Assembly (NCBI GenBank): GCA_043381765.1
Contig: JBHJMP010000851.1
Span: 1 to 35,358, forward strand
Direction of reading: 5' to 3'
Source: Collodictyon triciliatum
Taxonomy: Eukaryota
DNA: 35,358 nucleotides
Shown here: positions 16,154-28,491 of the stretch, in pieces
How the letters are laid out: each line of letters opens with the position of its first letter
How positions within the stretch are numbered: position 1 is the first letter of the stretch
The notes under the pieces: model-generated
Told to the model about the DNA's origin: nothing
The model's input: the letters and a program-made list of their open reading frames with translations, nothing else
Databases searched by the model: none
Program-made: the position numbers and the translations under genes

Positions 16154-17693
16154 ATGACCTTCAACGAGACCGAGGTGCAGAACTTCTCCGGAAGTGAGAT
16201 CTTTGACCTCACGCCATACTACGCCCAAATGAAGGAAACCTTCTCGGAGGACTTCCTCGTTGCCGGTGTAACCTACTTTATGCACGAAATCGTCTACATC
16301 ATATTTGGCTTTGTCTCTATGCTGCCCAACTTCTTCCCTGCCTTGCGAAAGTACAAGATCCAACAGGTAAGCGTCCACAATTCCGAAAGAACTCACTAGC
16401 TCGCTTACCCAAACCCATACATACCCATAGTCCCCTTTCTCCATGAGAGTTTATCTTGGCTGAACCCACCCCAAACGTGTACTCTACAGGACAAGAACAT
16501 CAAGGACGGTGATGTATGGAAATGTGTCCTGAACCTCTTCCAAAACCACGTCCTCATCACCCCACCAATGATATACTTCTCTATCCCGCTCTTCAAGTAC
16601 ACCGGTCTCTCCACTTCGCTCACCCTGCCAAGCTGGTTCGCAATATGATATATTTTATTCACCACACATGCTGCAAACAGAAAAGTCTTAACCCACTCAA
16701 CTCGCTCGACCACTGCCCAGCCCGACGCCTTCACGAAAACATGCCCCATCTACACGAAAAGCAAAAAACTAAACGAAACTTAACGAAACGAAACGAAACA
16801 AAACAAAACAAAACAAAACAAAACAAAACAATACGAAACCAGCAAATAAGCAAAAGAGCCATCTTAACTTTCTCCTCACTGTGTACAGGTATACCATCGC
16901 ATGGCAAGTCTTTGCGTTCTCGCTCATCGAAGATTTTCTGTTCTACTGGGGACACCGCCTCATGCACGAGGTCACCTGGCTTTACCAGAACGTCCACAAG
17001 CTGCATCACTACTACACAGCCCCCTTCGGAATCATGTACGAGTTCGCCCACCCGATCGAGTATATCGTCCTTGGGTTCTGCACATGTGAGTATCTTCAAC
17101 AGGGGGATATAAACGACCTTTTCTTGTACAAGTGCATATAATATCATAGGAAGTTAAGTAGAAGAAACGCGTTGAATGAAGACACGCACTTATGCCGGAA
17201 TTTTGTACCATGGACTTATACCAACACCTACTCAGCCTTCCCTATACTCGTTTTTGAGACACACGTCGTGACCATGTGGATCTGGGTCTTTGTCAGACAG
17301 CTTCAAAGCATGGAGGTATAATACCATGGCTTCTCTCACTCACTCACTGTATCACTCACAATATCACTCACAATATCACTCACTGTATCACTCACTCATT
17401 GTATCACTCACAATATCACTCACAATATCACTCACAATATCACTCACAATATCACTCACAATATCACTCACAATATCACTCACAATATCACCTTCCTCCC
17501 ACACCAGGTCCACTGCGGATACGACTTCCCACTCTCCCCTGCACGCTGGCTACCTCTTTATGCCGGCTCTGCCCACCACGACGAACACCACCACCACTTC
17601 ACCGGCAACTACGCGTCCTTCTACACCCACTGTGACCGCATCTTTGGCACTGAGCGTCCCCGTCGCAAGGACCAGAAGCCCAAGGCCCAGTAA
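16154..17693 (+). CDS. MSMO1: C-4 methylsterol oxidase (MSMO1/ERG25/SMO; fatty-acid hydroxylase superfamily), 5 exons
   Basis: FMHEIVY...[58 protein letters not shown] and [15 protein letters not shown] give three His boxes. Stop TAA at 17691-17693. Confidence 0.9.
17337..17492 (+). repeat. 12-mer minisatellite (AATATCACTCAC)n with variants, filling MSMO1 intron 4
   Basis: About 12 tandem units, some as the TGTATCACTCAC variant. Confidence 0.93.
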
Positions 17694-18292
17694 ACACCTG
17701 CTCCACCCACCCATCATACGCTGCCCAGCAGCCGCTATTCGTAGCACCGCACGCACATAAACATCTGTCCTCTGCCGCACCCTTCTCGCTGGAATCCATC
17801 GCTATTCTTGTCCCTCTTCCTCATTAATAAATGCACTCAGAAAACGAACCACTGGTGATTACGGGGAATCGTGTAAGACAAGAGAACTGGCTAAACCAGA
17901 TACCACTTTCCCGCCTGGCCCTTGTGGTACATACACCAATAGTTTTTATCTCCCTGTTCAATATCTTATTTCATCACAGCCCCATTCAAGAAAAAGAGGA
18001 AAAGGAAGAAAAATACATATCGTGCAATGACACTATTTTGTGACTCTCAAATGGCCTTTTGAGAAAGACCTACTCGATGAAACCTGTCATTTCCTCGGGT
18101 ACGTCGATCCCACGAAAACGCGATCGGTAGCACCAATACATAAAAGAACAAACTCCCCCTCCTCCTTCTCCTCTTTCTCTGCAACCTTCAGCATCGCAAG
18201 CTATTCTGACTATGCCCTTTATCTCAGCACGCAGCGGAGAAATCCACACAGCGCTCTTTCCCTTTAATTGTCTACAGGCACACAGTTGCAGT

Positions 18293-19260
18293 ATGTTCAA
18301 GATCTTGTGAGTCTTTTATTATCCCCCCCATTTTTTACAGGCAAATCGCATAAGGGTGGACTTGGTTGCCTTCTGCCAATTGAGTCACTTTTTATTCTTT
18401 TTTTTTTTTCGTCAGTGAGAGACAGCAAACATTCCGACCAAAGAAACTGACGCGCGGCACAGCGCTCGAGAAGCACATTTTCAAGACTCTGGGCTCGGGT
18501 GATGTTCGTGCTGCTGTCAAGCTCCCGCCCGACGAAAACCTGAGCGAGTGGTATGCAATCAACAGTAAGTTATATATATATATTTTTTGCTTACGACGCT
18601 CAAAGCATAGTTGCTGGTTATCCACTTTCTATGTAGTATTTATGTATCAACATATCAAAATAACATACCCAGTCAAATCCATGCTTTTATTCTTTAATTG
18701 TTCACTGTATCTTTATTTGGCTTTTTTTTTCCCCATATCCAATCACTTAAGTACAATATTTCTGTGTCAAAAGAATGGGAAATAAAATGAAAAAACCAGT
18801 CGAGTATTTTTTTTTCATATTAAACGATTTTATATCTCGCAAACATATTCGCATCCTTTTCATATGAGATTTCCAATATGTTTTGAATTCATGTTGGTTT
18901 AATCCACTATTCAAATAGCGGTTGAGTTCTACAATCAAGTCAATATGGTTTGTATGACTATGCTGGAGCTATGCACGCCACAAACTTGTCCAGTCATGTG
19001 CGCCGGTCCAAAGTATACACTTAAATTTGTGAATTATTCTGGCATAATTGCGTCAAAAATGTTGTCCTTATAAAAATATAATATCTGAATTTACAATATT
19101 TATTTCATTTTCAACAGTTATATTTGTTTCTATTATTTGGAAATGGTCCAATAATTATTTTTGTAAAACAAGAAAACAAGAAAACAAGAAAACAAGAAAA
19201 CAAGAAAACAAGAAAACAAGAAAACAAGAAAACAAGAAAACAAGAAAACAAGAAAACAAG

Positions 19261-19356
<96 letters not shown>

Positions 19357-20190
19357 GGACTTGAGAAATTACCTTATTGACGGATTTGATATCCATGCAA
19401 GGTACGAGTATTATTGGTCCGATGGTGTTACGATTACAACACCAATCAAGGTTTCCGCTCCAGAATATGTCGATTACCTCTTGACATGGGTTCAAAGTAT
19501 TATCGACGACGAGGCCGTCTTCCCATCACAACCTGGTATACATAAAGAAAAAAGGAACTCAAGTGCAGGAGTTTTCCGCATCCCTCGTTTTTTTTTTTTA
19601 AATATATATCATCCCATGATTTATCCATATATCATCACTATTTTCTCAATAGGGGTAGACTTTCCAGCAAATTTTGAAAATGTTGTGAAGACAATATTCC
19701 GGCGCTTGTTTCGAATTTATGCGCACATTTACAATACACATTTTGAGAAGATAATCGAAATCAAACAAGAGGCTACCCTGAATTCAGGATTTAAGGTTAG
19801 CATTACGATGATGCGACACAAGATTCCTCATGTGCTTTTCTTCTTCTACCAAATATAAGTAATTATTGCCGGTTTCCTCCAAAAATAGCAAAAAATAAAA
19901 AATAACATTATGTGAAATAACGCAACGCCGTACAGGAAATGACTAATTACCTAACAATTTTTCTTTATTTAACCAACAAAATCGAAATTCATACGGGATT
20001 TTATTCTTCATTTTGATAAAGAAACACGAAAATGACAGGATGTTATTTAATTATTTATTTTTTATTCACACTACAGCATTTTTACTACTTCATCAATGAG
20101 TTCGATCTTGTGGATGCAAAGGAACTAGCCCCAGTGCAACCCGTCATCGACGCCCTCACCCAGCGAGACGCCGAAAGGGCCAAAGCTTAG
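18293..20190 (+). CDS. MOB1: MOB kinase activator (MOB1/phocein family), 6 coding exons
   Basis: TFRPKK, TLGSGDVRAAVKLPPDENLSEWYAINTVEFYNQVNM, CTPQTCPVMCAGPKYEYYWSDG, SAPEYVDYLLTWVQ, IFRRLFRIYAHIY and FKHFYYFINEFDLVDAKELAP. Stop TAG at 20188-20190. Confidence 0.96.
19165..19352 (+). repeat. (AAAACAAG)x12 followed by ~92-nt poly(A), in MOB1 intron 3
   Basis: Perfect 8-mer array at 19165-19260 abutting an A run at 19261-19352. Confidence 0.93.
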
Positions 20191-20339
20191 CCCTTTACCA
20201 GAGCACCCACACGCTGAAAAGATTTGGAAAATGAAAGTTATATCCGTGCTTCGTCAACATATCCACCTGCAAGGAGAAATAAAGTCAAAGTAAACATGAT
20301 TTACTAATTATTATTATTATTTTTTATTACTATTATTGT

Positions 20340-20352
20340 TATGATTATGATT

Positions 20353-20390
<38 letters not shown>
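20340..20390 (+). repeat. (GAT)n/(TAT)n microsatellite
   Basis: Trinucleotide run downstream of MOB1. Confidence 0.85.
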
Positions 20391-20880
20391 CGATTGATTG
20401 ATTGATAGAATTCTGCGTTAAAGCCATCATTTGATTTATTGTGTGCGCTTTTTCTTTTGTAACATCAGAGATGACCTCTCATCACACATTTTCTTTGGGT
20501 TGAAAACATAATTCGATATGAAAATGACCGCAGAAAACAAAGCACAACAGTGCTGTGCGAATCAAATTATTTCCCGCGAACGCATCACATGTCAAAAGTT
20601 TTTGTGTTTTTTTCTCTCCTTGTCTCTTTCACTGCTATTCAACCCCACAGCCCTTTTCTTGTCCTTGGTACTCTATCACCCTTTACGCGGCCTTTGCGTA
20701 CTTAACAAACTTCTCTCATAGCATCAGACACAAAAGGATAAGTCAGCCAAGAGTCAGCAATGTCCTCTTACAATGAAAGGATATTTCATTTTATATTTCC
20801 CCATTCCTTCCTCACTTCTTTGACTGTCTCTATATTTCCTTTCTTATTTTGTATTTTTGCTTAAACTATATTAATTCCAT

Positions 20881-21097
20881 ATGAAACAACAGAGCTTCTT
20901 TGCTTGGGTCAAGGATCAACTTCAAAAAGTAAACTTGGCAGCTGCTAATCTCTCGATCGACCTCGAGGACGGGTTTTTGTTGCTTTCTCTGGTCGAAGTG
21001 GTGACAAAAAAAGAGTTGACTCTGTTTAGCAAACGTGAAAGGTAATGAAATCAAATACTTTGGTAGATCTATTTCTTTTCTTTTCCTTTTTGTGATT

Positions 21098-21192
<95 letters not shown>

Positions 21193-24100
21193 TTCCATTT
21201 CTCTACTTTATGCGGCTGCATATTGCGGTATGATGGCCTTCCATATCATTCCTTTTTATCCAGCAACGAACACATCCAAGATGGTGCATCAATAGTGAGA
21301 AACCGACAAGTTTTATTGGATTGGATATCCGAAAATGCTTCAGAATTCAGCTATCTTGGTACGTATTTGCTTTTCTTGTTAGGGCTTAAAACATATATGA
21401 CATTTTGTTTGATACTCGGGTGCTTTGTTTTTAACAGCAATTTAAGAATCCTGTGAGATATCCAGAGATAAATGTGATATTATTATAAGGTACGACTACT
21501 GCAATTATATGGGTTCTGTCTAATTTTGGAGAGCCTGTCTTTATGGTAAGGTCTATTACTGATGATGGGGAGTAAATCTAGGATTATATGTCTGGGTTCC
21601 ATTTTACATAAGGGTACTTTGTTTCATTCTAATAGACCCCGGGTTGGAGCGCATCGAAATTGAATTGTCTTATATTCGAGATAGCAGAAGACTTCTTCGT
21701 TCAATCAAAGTTTTCTTGATTCGTCTATTTTTTTTTGTTTGATTCTCCCCTTATTCCATTCAATTTTTTCGCTTGATAATTTATTACACATGTGCTCTTC
21801 CTGGCGGGCTATATTCTTAACATTATTAACATATAAATAAAATGGCTAAATCAGGTACGAACAGGCAATATCACACTTGGAGAGACTAGCATCTCAAGAG
21901 ATGAGGGAATTCAGTCGAGAGCACGGAATTGTTCTCGATAGGCTTGGTGAGGCGTATTTAAGGCTAAGAAGGTTTTTTTTTTTTGAAAAAATCAATTATT
22001 TCTTTAATCTTCATTGAAAAGCATTTATCACTCTCTTAAAAAAAAAATGAGAGAACACTGTAGCCTTTTTTCTTAAATAAAAATGCGATGAGACCGACAT
22101 TTTTATATAGTTAGATTCGGTCGATAGTGTGATAAATGAAAAAGCTAGAAACTAATTTCACACCAAAACGCAGATTCTCTGAATCAAAAGAGAGTTTCGG
22201 TAGGGCTCGAGATATTTTCCTACAACAAACGACACTGAGTGACACTCAATTAGCATCGACTCTTGAGAAGATTGCATTTATTGAATTTGAAACTGGAGAG
22301 TGCGAATTCCTAGAATAGCTAAAATCAAATATACACTATATATAAATATATCTTGAGTAAATCCTTATTCATTCATTATATTTCAAACCATAGATTTGGG
22401 TCCTGCTATGATGCTTTACTAGATGCTTCAAAAATTCGAGCTCAAACTCACTCCGTCATGTCAAGTTGGAATCTGAAGACTATTTTGAAAATGATTGAAA
22501 TAACGAAAGATAAAGAACATTATGAATCTGTAATTCAACTCTACTCATCGGCTATCAGAACCAGTGTGGAACAAAATCCAACAGAAACATGGACTACGTT
22601 AATCATATGCAGCGACGCAAAATCATTTTGCTGTGAAAGAGGCTTGCATGAACAAGCTCTAGAACTTTGGAGCAAAATACATACACTCTTATGTGAGAAA
22701 CTTGGTTGGACACATGAAAGGTGTCTTAACGTATGCGAATACCTATCTTTTCATTCAGAAAAGTTGGGGACTGTGAAAGAGCCATTTGAATTTTCTTTTG
22801 TCAATTGTTTCCTAAAAGAAAACGGTCGAGGCATTGAAGGTGAAAGTGCAATTGAAAAAAATCAATTAATTGTACGTCTTTTTGATATTGTGTACTCTTC
22901 AAGAAATGATGAGACCAAATCTAGAGCTGCCTCAGAAGCCATTACGTTTCTCAACTTCATGAACGTCTCCTTCCGGAACATGGACTTGTCAAAAATCAGA
23001 GTGCCTCATGCGAATCTAAGGCAATCTGTCATCGATGGTGCAAATTTTCAAGATGCAAACCTGGAGGATGTGATTTTTTGCTTTAGTGTGTTTGGAAATT
23101 GCGATTTCTCAGGGTCAAACATGGAGAGAACACAAGTCTATCACCTAACCGAGGAAATGACCAGCTCGAATTTGATGAATATACCCTCTTGCATAATTAA
23201 GAGGGGCAGCCATCTCGAGAACTTGTGTGCCACAGCCTCCTCGAATGGAGTGGTTAGCATATGGGACTTTCAATCCGGAAATAAGATCAAATCAATGGAG
23301 CAACATGAGCATAGTTTAGTTAGTTTATGCAGCATCCAAAGATTAAATGGAGAAAATACACTGGTGTCTGGCGATGCAGTCGGAAATATTCAGGTATGGG
23401 ACACTGAATCAGGTGCTATCAGTAAGAAAATCTCAGGACATTGCGGAATCATATCATGTCTGTGTGGAATACAAAAATCGGATGGTACATTCCTTTTCGT
23501 ATCTGGTAGCGATGATAGAGCCCTTAAGATATGGGACCTTGACTCTGGAAAAAGTATCAGCACCTTAAATGGACACTCTGCTATGATAGCTGGTGTGTGT
23601 AGTCTGAAAGGAGACGGCGATGATATCTGGATTATATCAAGTAGTGAGAATGGAGAAGTTTTCATATGGAGCTTATTGACAGGAAGTCTTCTTCACTCCA
23701 TGAGATTAAGCTGCAGTGTATACAGAATGCTAAGATTATCTACCAGTACATCAAACGAATACATATCTTTCACCACTGAGAAAGGAGTCACTGGATTTAT
23801 TGATGCAACAAAACGTACTTTCGACTTCGACCCAACCCAAAAGAGATTAGCTTGCAGTGATATGACATGTTCAACCACAAAGGTAAATACTAATTCAATT
23901 AGTGCTGAAGATGCAGCACACAAGGATATGTCTGCTTTGAAGTTGGAAAAAATACCTAAAGGAGGAAACATAAATATTACGAACGTCTCCCATATTTCTG
24001 GTCTCCATAAAGAGATTTTCTTCGTTATGGGAGGGTTCTCGCATGACAAAGACTTTATTGATTACTGCTTTAGTGGAAGAGATAAATATCTATCCATTTT

Positions 24101-25955
24101 TCAGGCAAAAGCACTGACAGAATACATCTTTAAGAAGACCAATACAGTCACATACATCGATGCGGTTTGTGAGCTATTGGGTAAGCTATTGATTTTTGAT
24201 GAGCTAAAGGAGCTAGTCAAACGCAATACAATCGAAGCATTAGTGGTATTGAAGAGTTTTGAAGAGATTACGTATACTGTGTATGTAAGTGATACCCTGG
24301 AAGAAAAGTTCAAACACCCAGAGGCCCTGGTTATTGTGGGCGAGGCCTATGAAAATGGTTGGTGTGTAGCAAAAGATTTAAAGTCCGCGGTAGCATGGTA
24401 TCGTTATGCTGAAGATTTTCAAGGACTCCAACGTCTTGCTCAACAAGGGATTTCTGATGCTTTTGACTCCTTGGTTGAAGCAGGAGAGTTAAAAATTGAG
24501 GTTTATGTTGGTACTATTGTCGAGCGAATCAAATATCCAATTGTTCCAACCATAGTTGGTCAGTGCTGTGAGCACGGGTGGGGCACCCCTAGGAACATTC
24601 CAGACGCCATCATCTGGTATGGGATTGGGAAAAATGTTGAGCATTTAAGGAGACATGTAAAATCGGGCTCAGCTCAAGCTTTTCAGATTATTTGTGAGCT
24701 TGCAAAAGAAGAACATATCTTTACTGACAAACTCGGAGAAACGAGCGACATTGGATGCAAATACCCTGATTTTGCTAGTCTTTTGGCTGAGTGTTATGAA
24801 AATGGATGGAACGTGGAGAAGAACATGAAGCAAAGTATCGAGTGGTTCTGGAAAGCCGGTAATAGTGAGAAACTAAAGGATACAATCCATGTTTCAAAAG
24901 ATGCATTTTCTTTAGTCGAAAAATTCATCAACGATGCCAAGCATCACCCTAAAAAGTGGACGAAAGGGCAACCATTTTCCAGGAGATATTTTCAAACCGC
25001 AAACATTCTGGGCTCGTGCTACGAAACGGGTATTATTGTTAGTAAGCATATACAATTGGCTTGCGAGTTATATGAAAGAGCTGGGAATGTGACTGATTTA
25101 ATTCGTCTTCACGAAAACGGGTATGGCGGTGCATTCACATCTTTGAAGAAACTTGCTGATCTATGGGAGCCCATCATAACAACGGACGATGTGTTTCGTT
25201 TGATTGTTCCGATGTATCCAAAAGCGAGCGAATACGTCGCTTGTTGTTTTGAGACCGGAAAACATGTCCAAAAGAATTTTCAAACTGGTCTTGAGTACTA
25301 TGCCAAGGCAGGGCGGTTTGATATTTTGACGAAGTATATCGAGGAGAAGAATATGGAAGCACGCCTATCTGTTCGCTATCTCTCTGAAATTCGAGAAACT
25401 GTAGTGAAGCCGAAGAAAAAGACAGCAATCAAGGTCTTCCGCTATCCTAATATTGCCGATATGATTGCCGCAACCTTGGAACACTGGATTGACCCTTTCG
25501 ACCTCAACGACGAACCCCTGATACGCTGGTTACGCTCTGTTGAGTGCATCGAAGGGTTCAAGAAGCTTACTCAGATGGGCTCTACCCATGCAATACGATA
25601 CTTGCGTCATTTTGCACTCGATTACAATGGGCGGGATAAAAACAACTTTGAGGTGGAAAAAGACATTCCAGTTTACCCAAAGGCATCCCTTGCTCTGTCT
25701 GAGTGCTGTGAGAACGGCTGGGGCAGCGTTCCGTCCAAGGAGCTTGCTTTGTACTGGAGGATAAAAGGTCTCTCTGGCTGCGATGATGCTTTCTACCAAC
25801 TCCGGAGATTGGCTAAGGAGGGTTCTGCAACTGCTTTGCGTGTCATATGGCGATTCTGCGGGGAAGTTGATCGCGATGCGGCAGAGTATCCTTTTCTTAG
25901 CAACGACAGATACTACCCGATAGCGAAAAGGTTTTATCTCGAGCTGACCAATTAG
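20881..25955 (+). CDS. ~1396-aa mosaic protein: calponin-homology domain, TPR-like helices, pentapeptide repeats, WD40 repeats and Sel1-like repeats; 7 exons
   Basis: Exons 20881-21041, 21264-21358, 21490-21545, 21636-21709, 21855-21971, 22174-22299 and 22394-25955 have compatible phases. CH-like: QQSFFAWVKDQL...NLSIDLEDGFLLLSLVEVV. TPR-like: YEQAISHLE...VLDRLGEAY. Pentapeptide: DLSKIRVPHANLRQSVIDGANFQDANL. WD40: FVSGSDDRALKIWDL. Sel1-like: GEAYENGWCVAKDLKSAVAWY. Confidence 0.85.
21097..21193 (+). repeat. (TATT)n microsatellite in an intron
   Basis: About 24 tandem tetramers. Confidence 0.95.
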
Positions 25956-26276
25956 CAACTCCCCCCGATATCTATTCTGCCGAGATACACACTCGCTTGA
26001 AGGAGCAGCAATATCAAACAAAAAAAAAAAAAAAAAAAAAAAAAAAACAAAAAAAAGTTAAAAAAAAAAAAAAGAAGCAAAGATATGCAGCCAAGTATGT
26101 ATAGTTGATTATGAAGTAATCAAAACAAGTGAATAAGAACCGTATAAGCACGACCGCATATTGCAAAGTTATCTCCCTGGGCTGCTTGTGGAGCATCTAT
26201 TTGCTGAACAAATCATATATAATTACGATAAAGCAAAAAGTTGTGCGCAACAACAAGGATACGCCCCCTGCCAAGT

Positions 26277-28055
26277 ATGAGTCAGTGGGCCGTCATAACT
26301 GGAGCAGGTTTGTTTATTCCCGCACAGACTGCAGCTCGAAGGAACCACCACGCTTTTTCATCTTCACAAAGAGAGGTCGACGAGCCACTCTGTTTTTCCT
26401 TACTGATGGTGTCTACAACTCTAGGCACTGGCATCGGTGCTGCTTTTGCGACTGAGCTTTCTCGTCGTGTGAAAGGTCTTCACTTTTTGCTCATTGGTCG
26501 CCGTGGAGCTTTGCTGGCCCAGACAAAGTCCTTGTGTCAAGACCCGAGTAAAGTGTTCACAGCCTCGATCGACTTGGCTTCGCCTGAGGCTGCAGGAAAG
26601 ATATCCGCCCTTATTCCCGAGGTATGTAGAGGCTATCAGGGATCCAATATAGTTATTTGAAATTGGCTTGACTTTATAGTCATAGTAGTATTGATAATAG
26701 TGCAGTTAATCTTTTATTGCATAATCTTAAACTTTTATATATGGGTCACCAAAGAATGACAGGGTTTTGTACTTGGTTCATAATGCAGCGGTACTGAATC
26801 CATCGAAAAGCACTCAGGCGTCCCAAGAAGACTGGGCCCAGGCATTCCAGGTTCCAAAGAAAAAAACCTTTCTAAAAATTGGTTCCTTACTTCTATTTAT
26901 ATCTGTATAATCTCATATCAGACGTTTACTACTTCATAGTATCATAAAGAGCATACACCTTATTGATATTATTAACCACTACATCAGTATGAAAATTGTA
27001 TTATTTTCTTGTGCTGATTATTCTGTTGATGATGTATCAGGTTAATGTGCATGCTCCTCTGTTTATCACACAAGCCCTGCTTGGAAAGATGAGTCAGGTG
27101 TTTTTTCGATTTGCCGAATGATTGCTAAAACACTTTAAATGGCTTTATGCGTTGATTTTTAATTTGAGTTTCGAACCGCTATTATTTTATTTTCTTCTTT
27201 TGCTATTGAAAAGTATAGTCTCGGGTTTTGCACATATCAAGCGGAGCTGCACATAGGGCAATTCCAGGCTGGTCTGCCTATTGCTCCACTAAGGCAGCTT
27301 TCTATATGCTATTCAAATCATTACAAGCTGAAGTTCCAAAAGACACTGTATTTTCTCCTTACAGATGATTTTTCTTATTGGAATATGCACATTTTTCACT
27401 TCGTCTTATCATTATATACTTATTCCAAATAAATTAAAATTGAAATAATTCATGTAATTCAACTTTCAATCGAGGCATTGTTTGGGAGCGTGAGACCAGG
27501 GGTTGTGGACACGCCTATGCAAGAACAAATTCGCGGATTGACCGAGGAAACCTTCCCTATGGTACATTCCCTCTTCTTTCTTTTTTTAGATAAAAAATCT
27601 ACATAGACACTGAACGATTGCATCACATTAAAAGGAATTTTCTGAGAGACTCTTTTCTTTTACATATGAATTACTAAATTTGTGTAAAGTTTCGTCTTTT
27701 GTCTGCTAGTCAGGAAACAATTTTTCTTTCAAAAAAATTACAATATTATTTTTCCTATCTAGGTCGAAGTATTTCGCTCAAAGAAAGAGAACGAAGAATT
27801 GGAATCAGTGGAGGTTAATGCTTTGCGTCAAAAATTACTTTCATTTTTCTCTATATTTATGATAACAAAAGTAATAAGTTTCTGTGGATAACATATTATC
27901 TTTTTTTTTCTTTTTCTTTTTAACAATCCTCATAGAGAGTAGCAAATTTCTTGTCATTTTTACTGTTGGACACTACTGCAGACGAGTTTACAAAGGACGA
28001 ATGGGACATCAGAGATGAACACCATCAGAAGCGATGGAACGTGAAAGGAAACTAA
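26277..28055 (+). CDS. Short-chain dehydrogenase, sepiapterin/benzil reductase-like, 8 exons
   Basis: MSQWAVITGAGTGIGAAFA, LVHNAAVL, VNVHAPLFITQAL, RVLHISSGAAHRAIPGWSAYCSTKAA (YxxxK) and SVRPGVVDTPMQEQIR. Stop TAA at 28053-28055. Confidence 0.9.
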
Positions 28056-28491
28056 ACCATGATGAGTCCTATGCTGGACGTATCAATAAACCCGATAACA
28101 TTCACAATCTTCACATTATTAAACTAAGAAAGTGACACGGCTGAGGTTTAATAATAGTATGGTTCATGTGCTGGTCAATTGGTAAAAACAAAATAGATAC
28201 GCATGTATTGTCATTTCCTCTTTATTCGGTAATATGAATTCATTATATAAATGTTCTCTGAATGAAACTGTGTACTAAAAAGAGGGTATATCAGCAATGT
28301 ATGTTATGTTTTTTGTTACTATTTATTAAGATTTGGGATATGATTTACGGTAGTTTTTTTTTTCGCTTTTAAAGTCCACACACAAAAAATGTCGGTCCAG
28401 CTCAAAAGCAAAAGTTCATTAGAACATAACCAAACTTGGTTAAGACGTAAAGGTTTTAAAAAAAATCGAGGGATTCCTTTTGTTTGCAGAT

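Noticed and set aside
19165-19352. Poly(A) plus 8-mer array as a retroelement tail or poly-Lys coding sequence
   Set aside because: It is intronic, with no element body or target-site duplication visible, and long homopolymers may be inflated by assembly.
20760-20892. Possible upstream mini-exon MSSYNER joined by a non-canonical AT-AG or GA-AG intron to the CH domain
   Set aside because: The donor ATATTTCA does not fit the U12 consensus, and the in-frame ATG at 20881 (MKQQSFFAW) explains the gene simply. RNA-seq would settle it.
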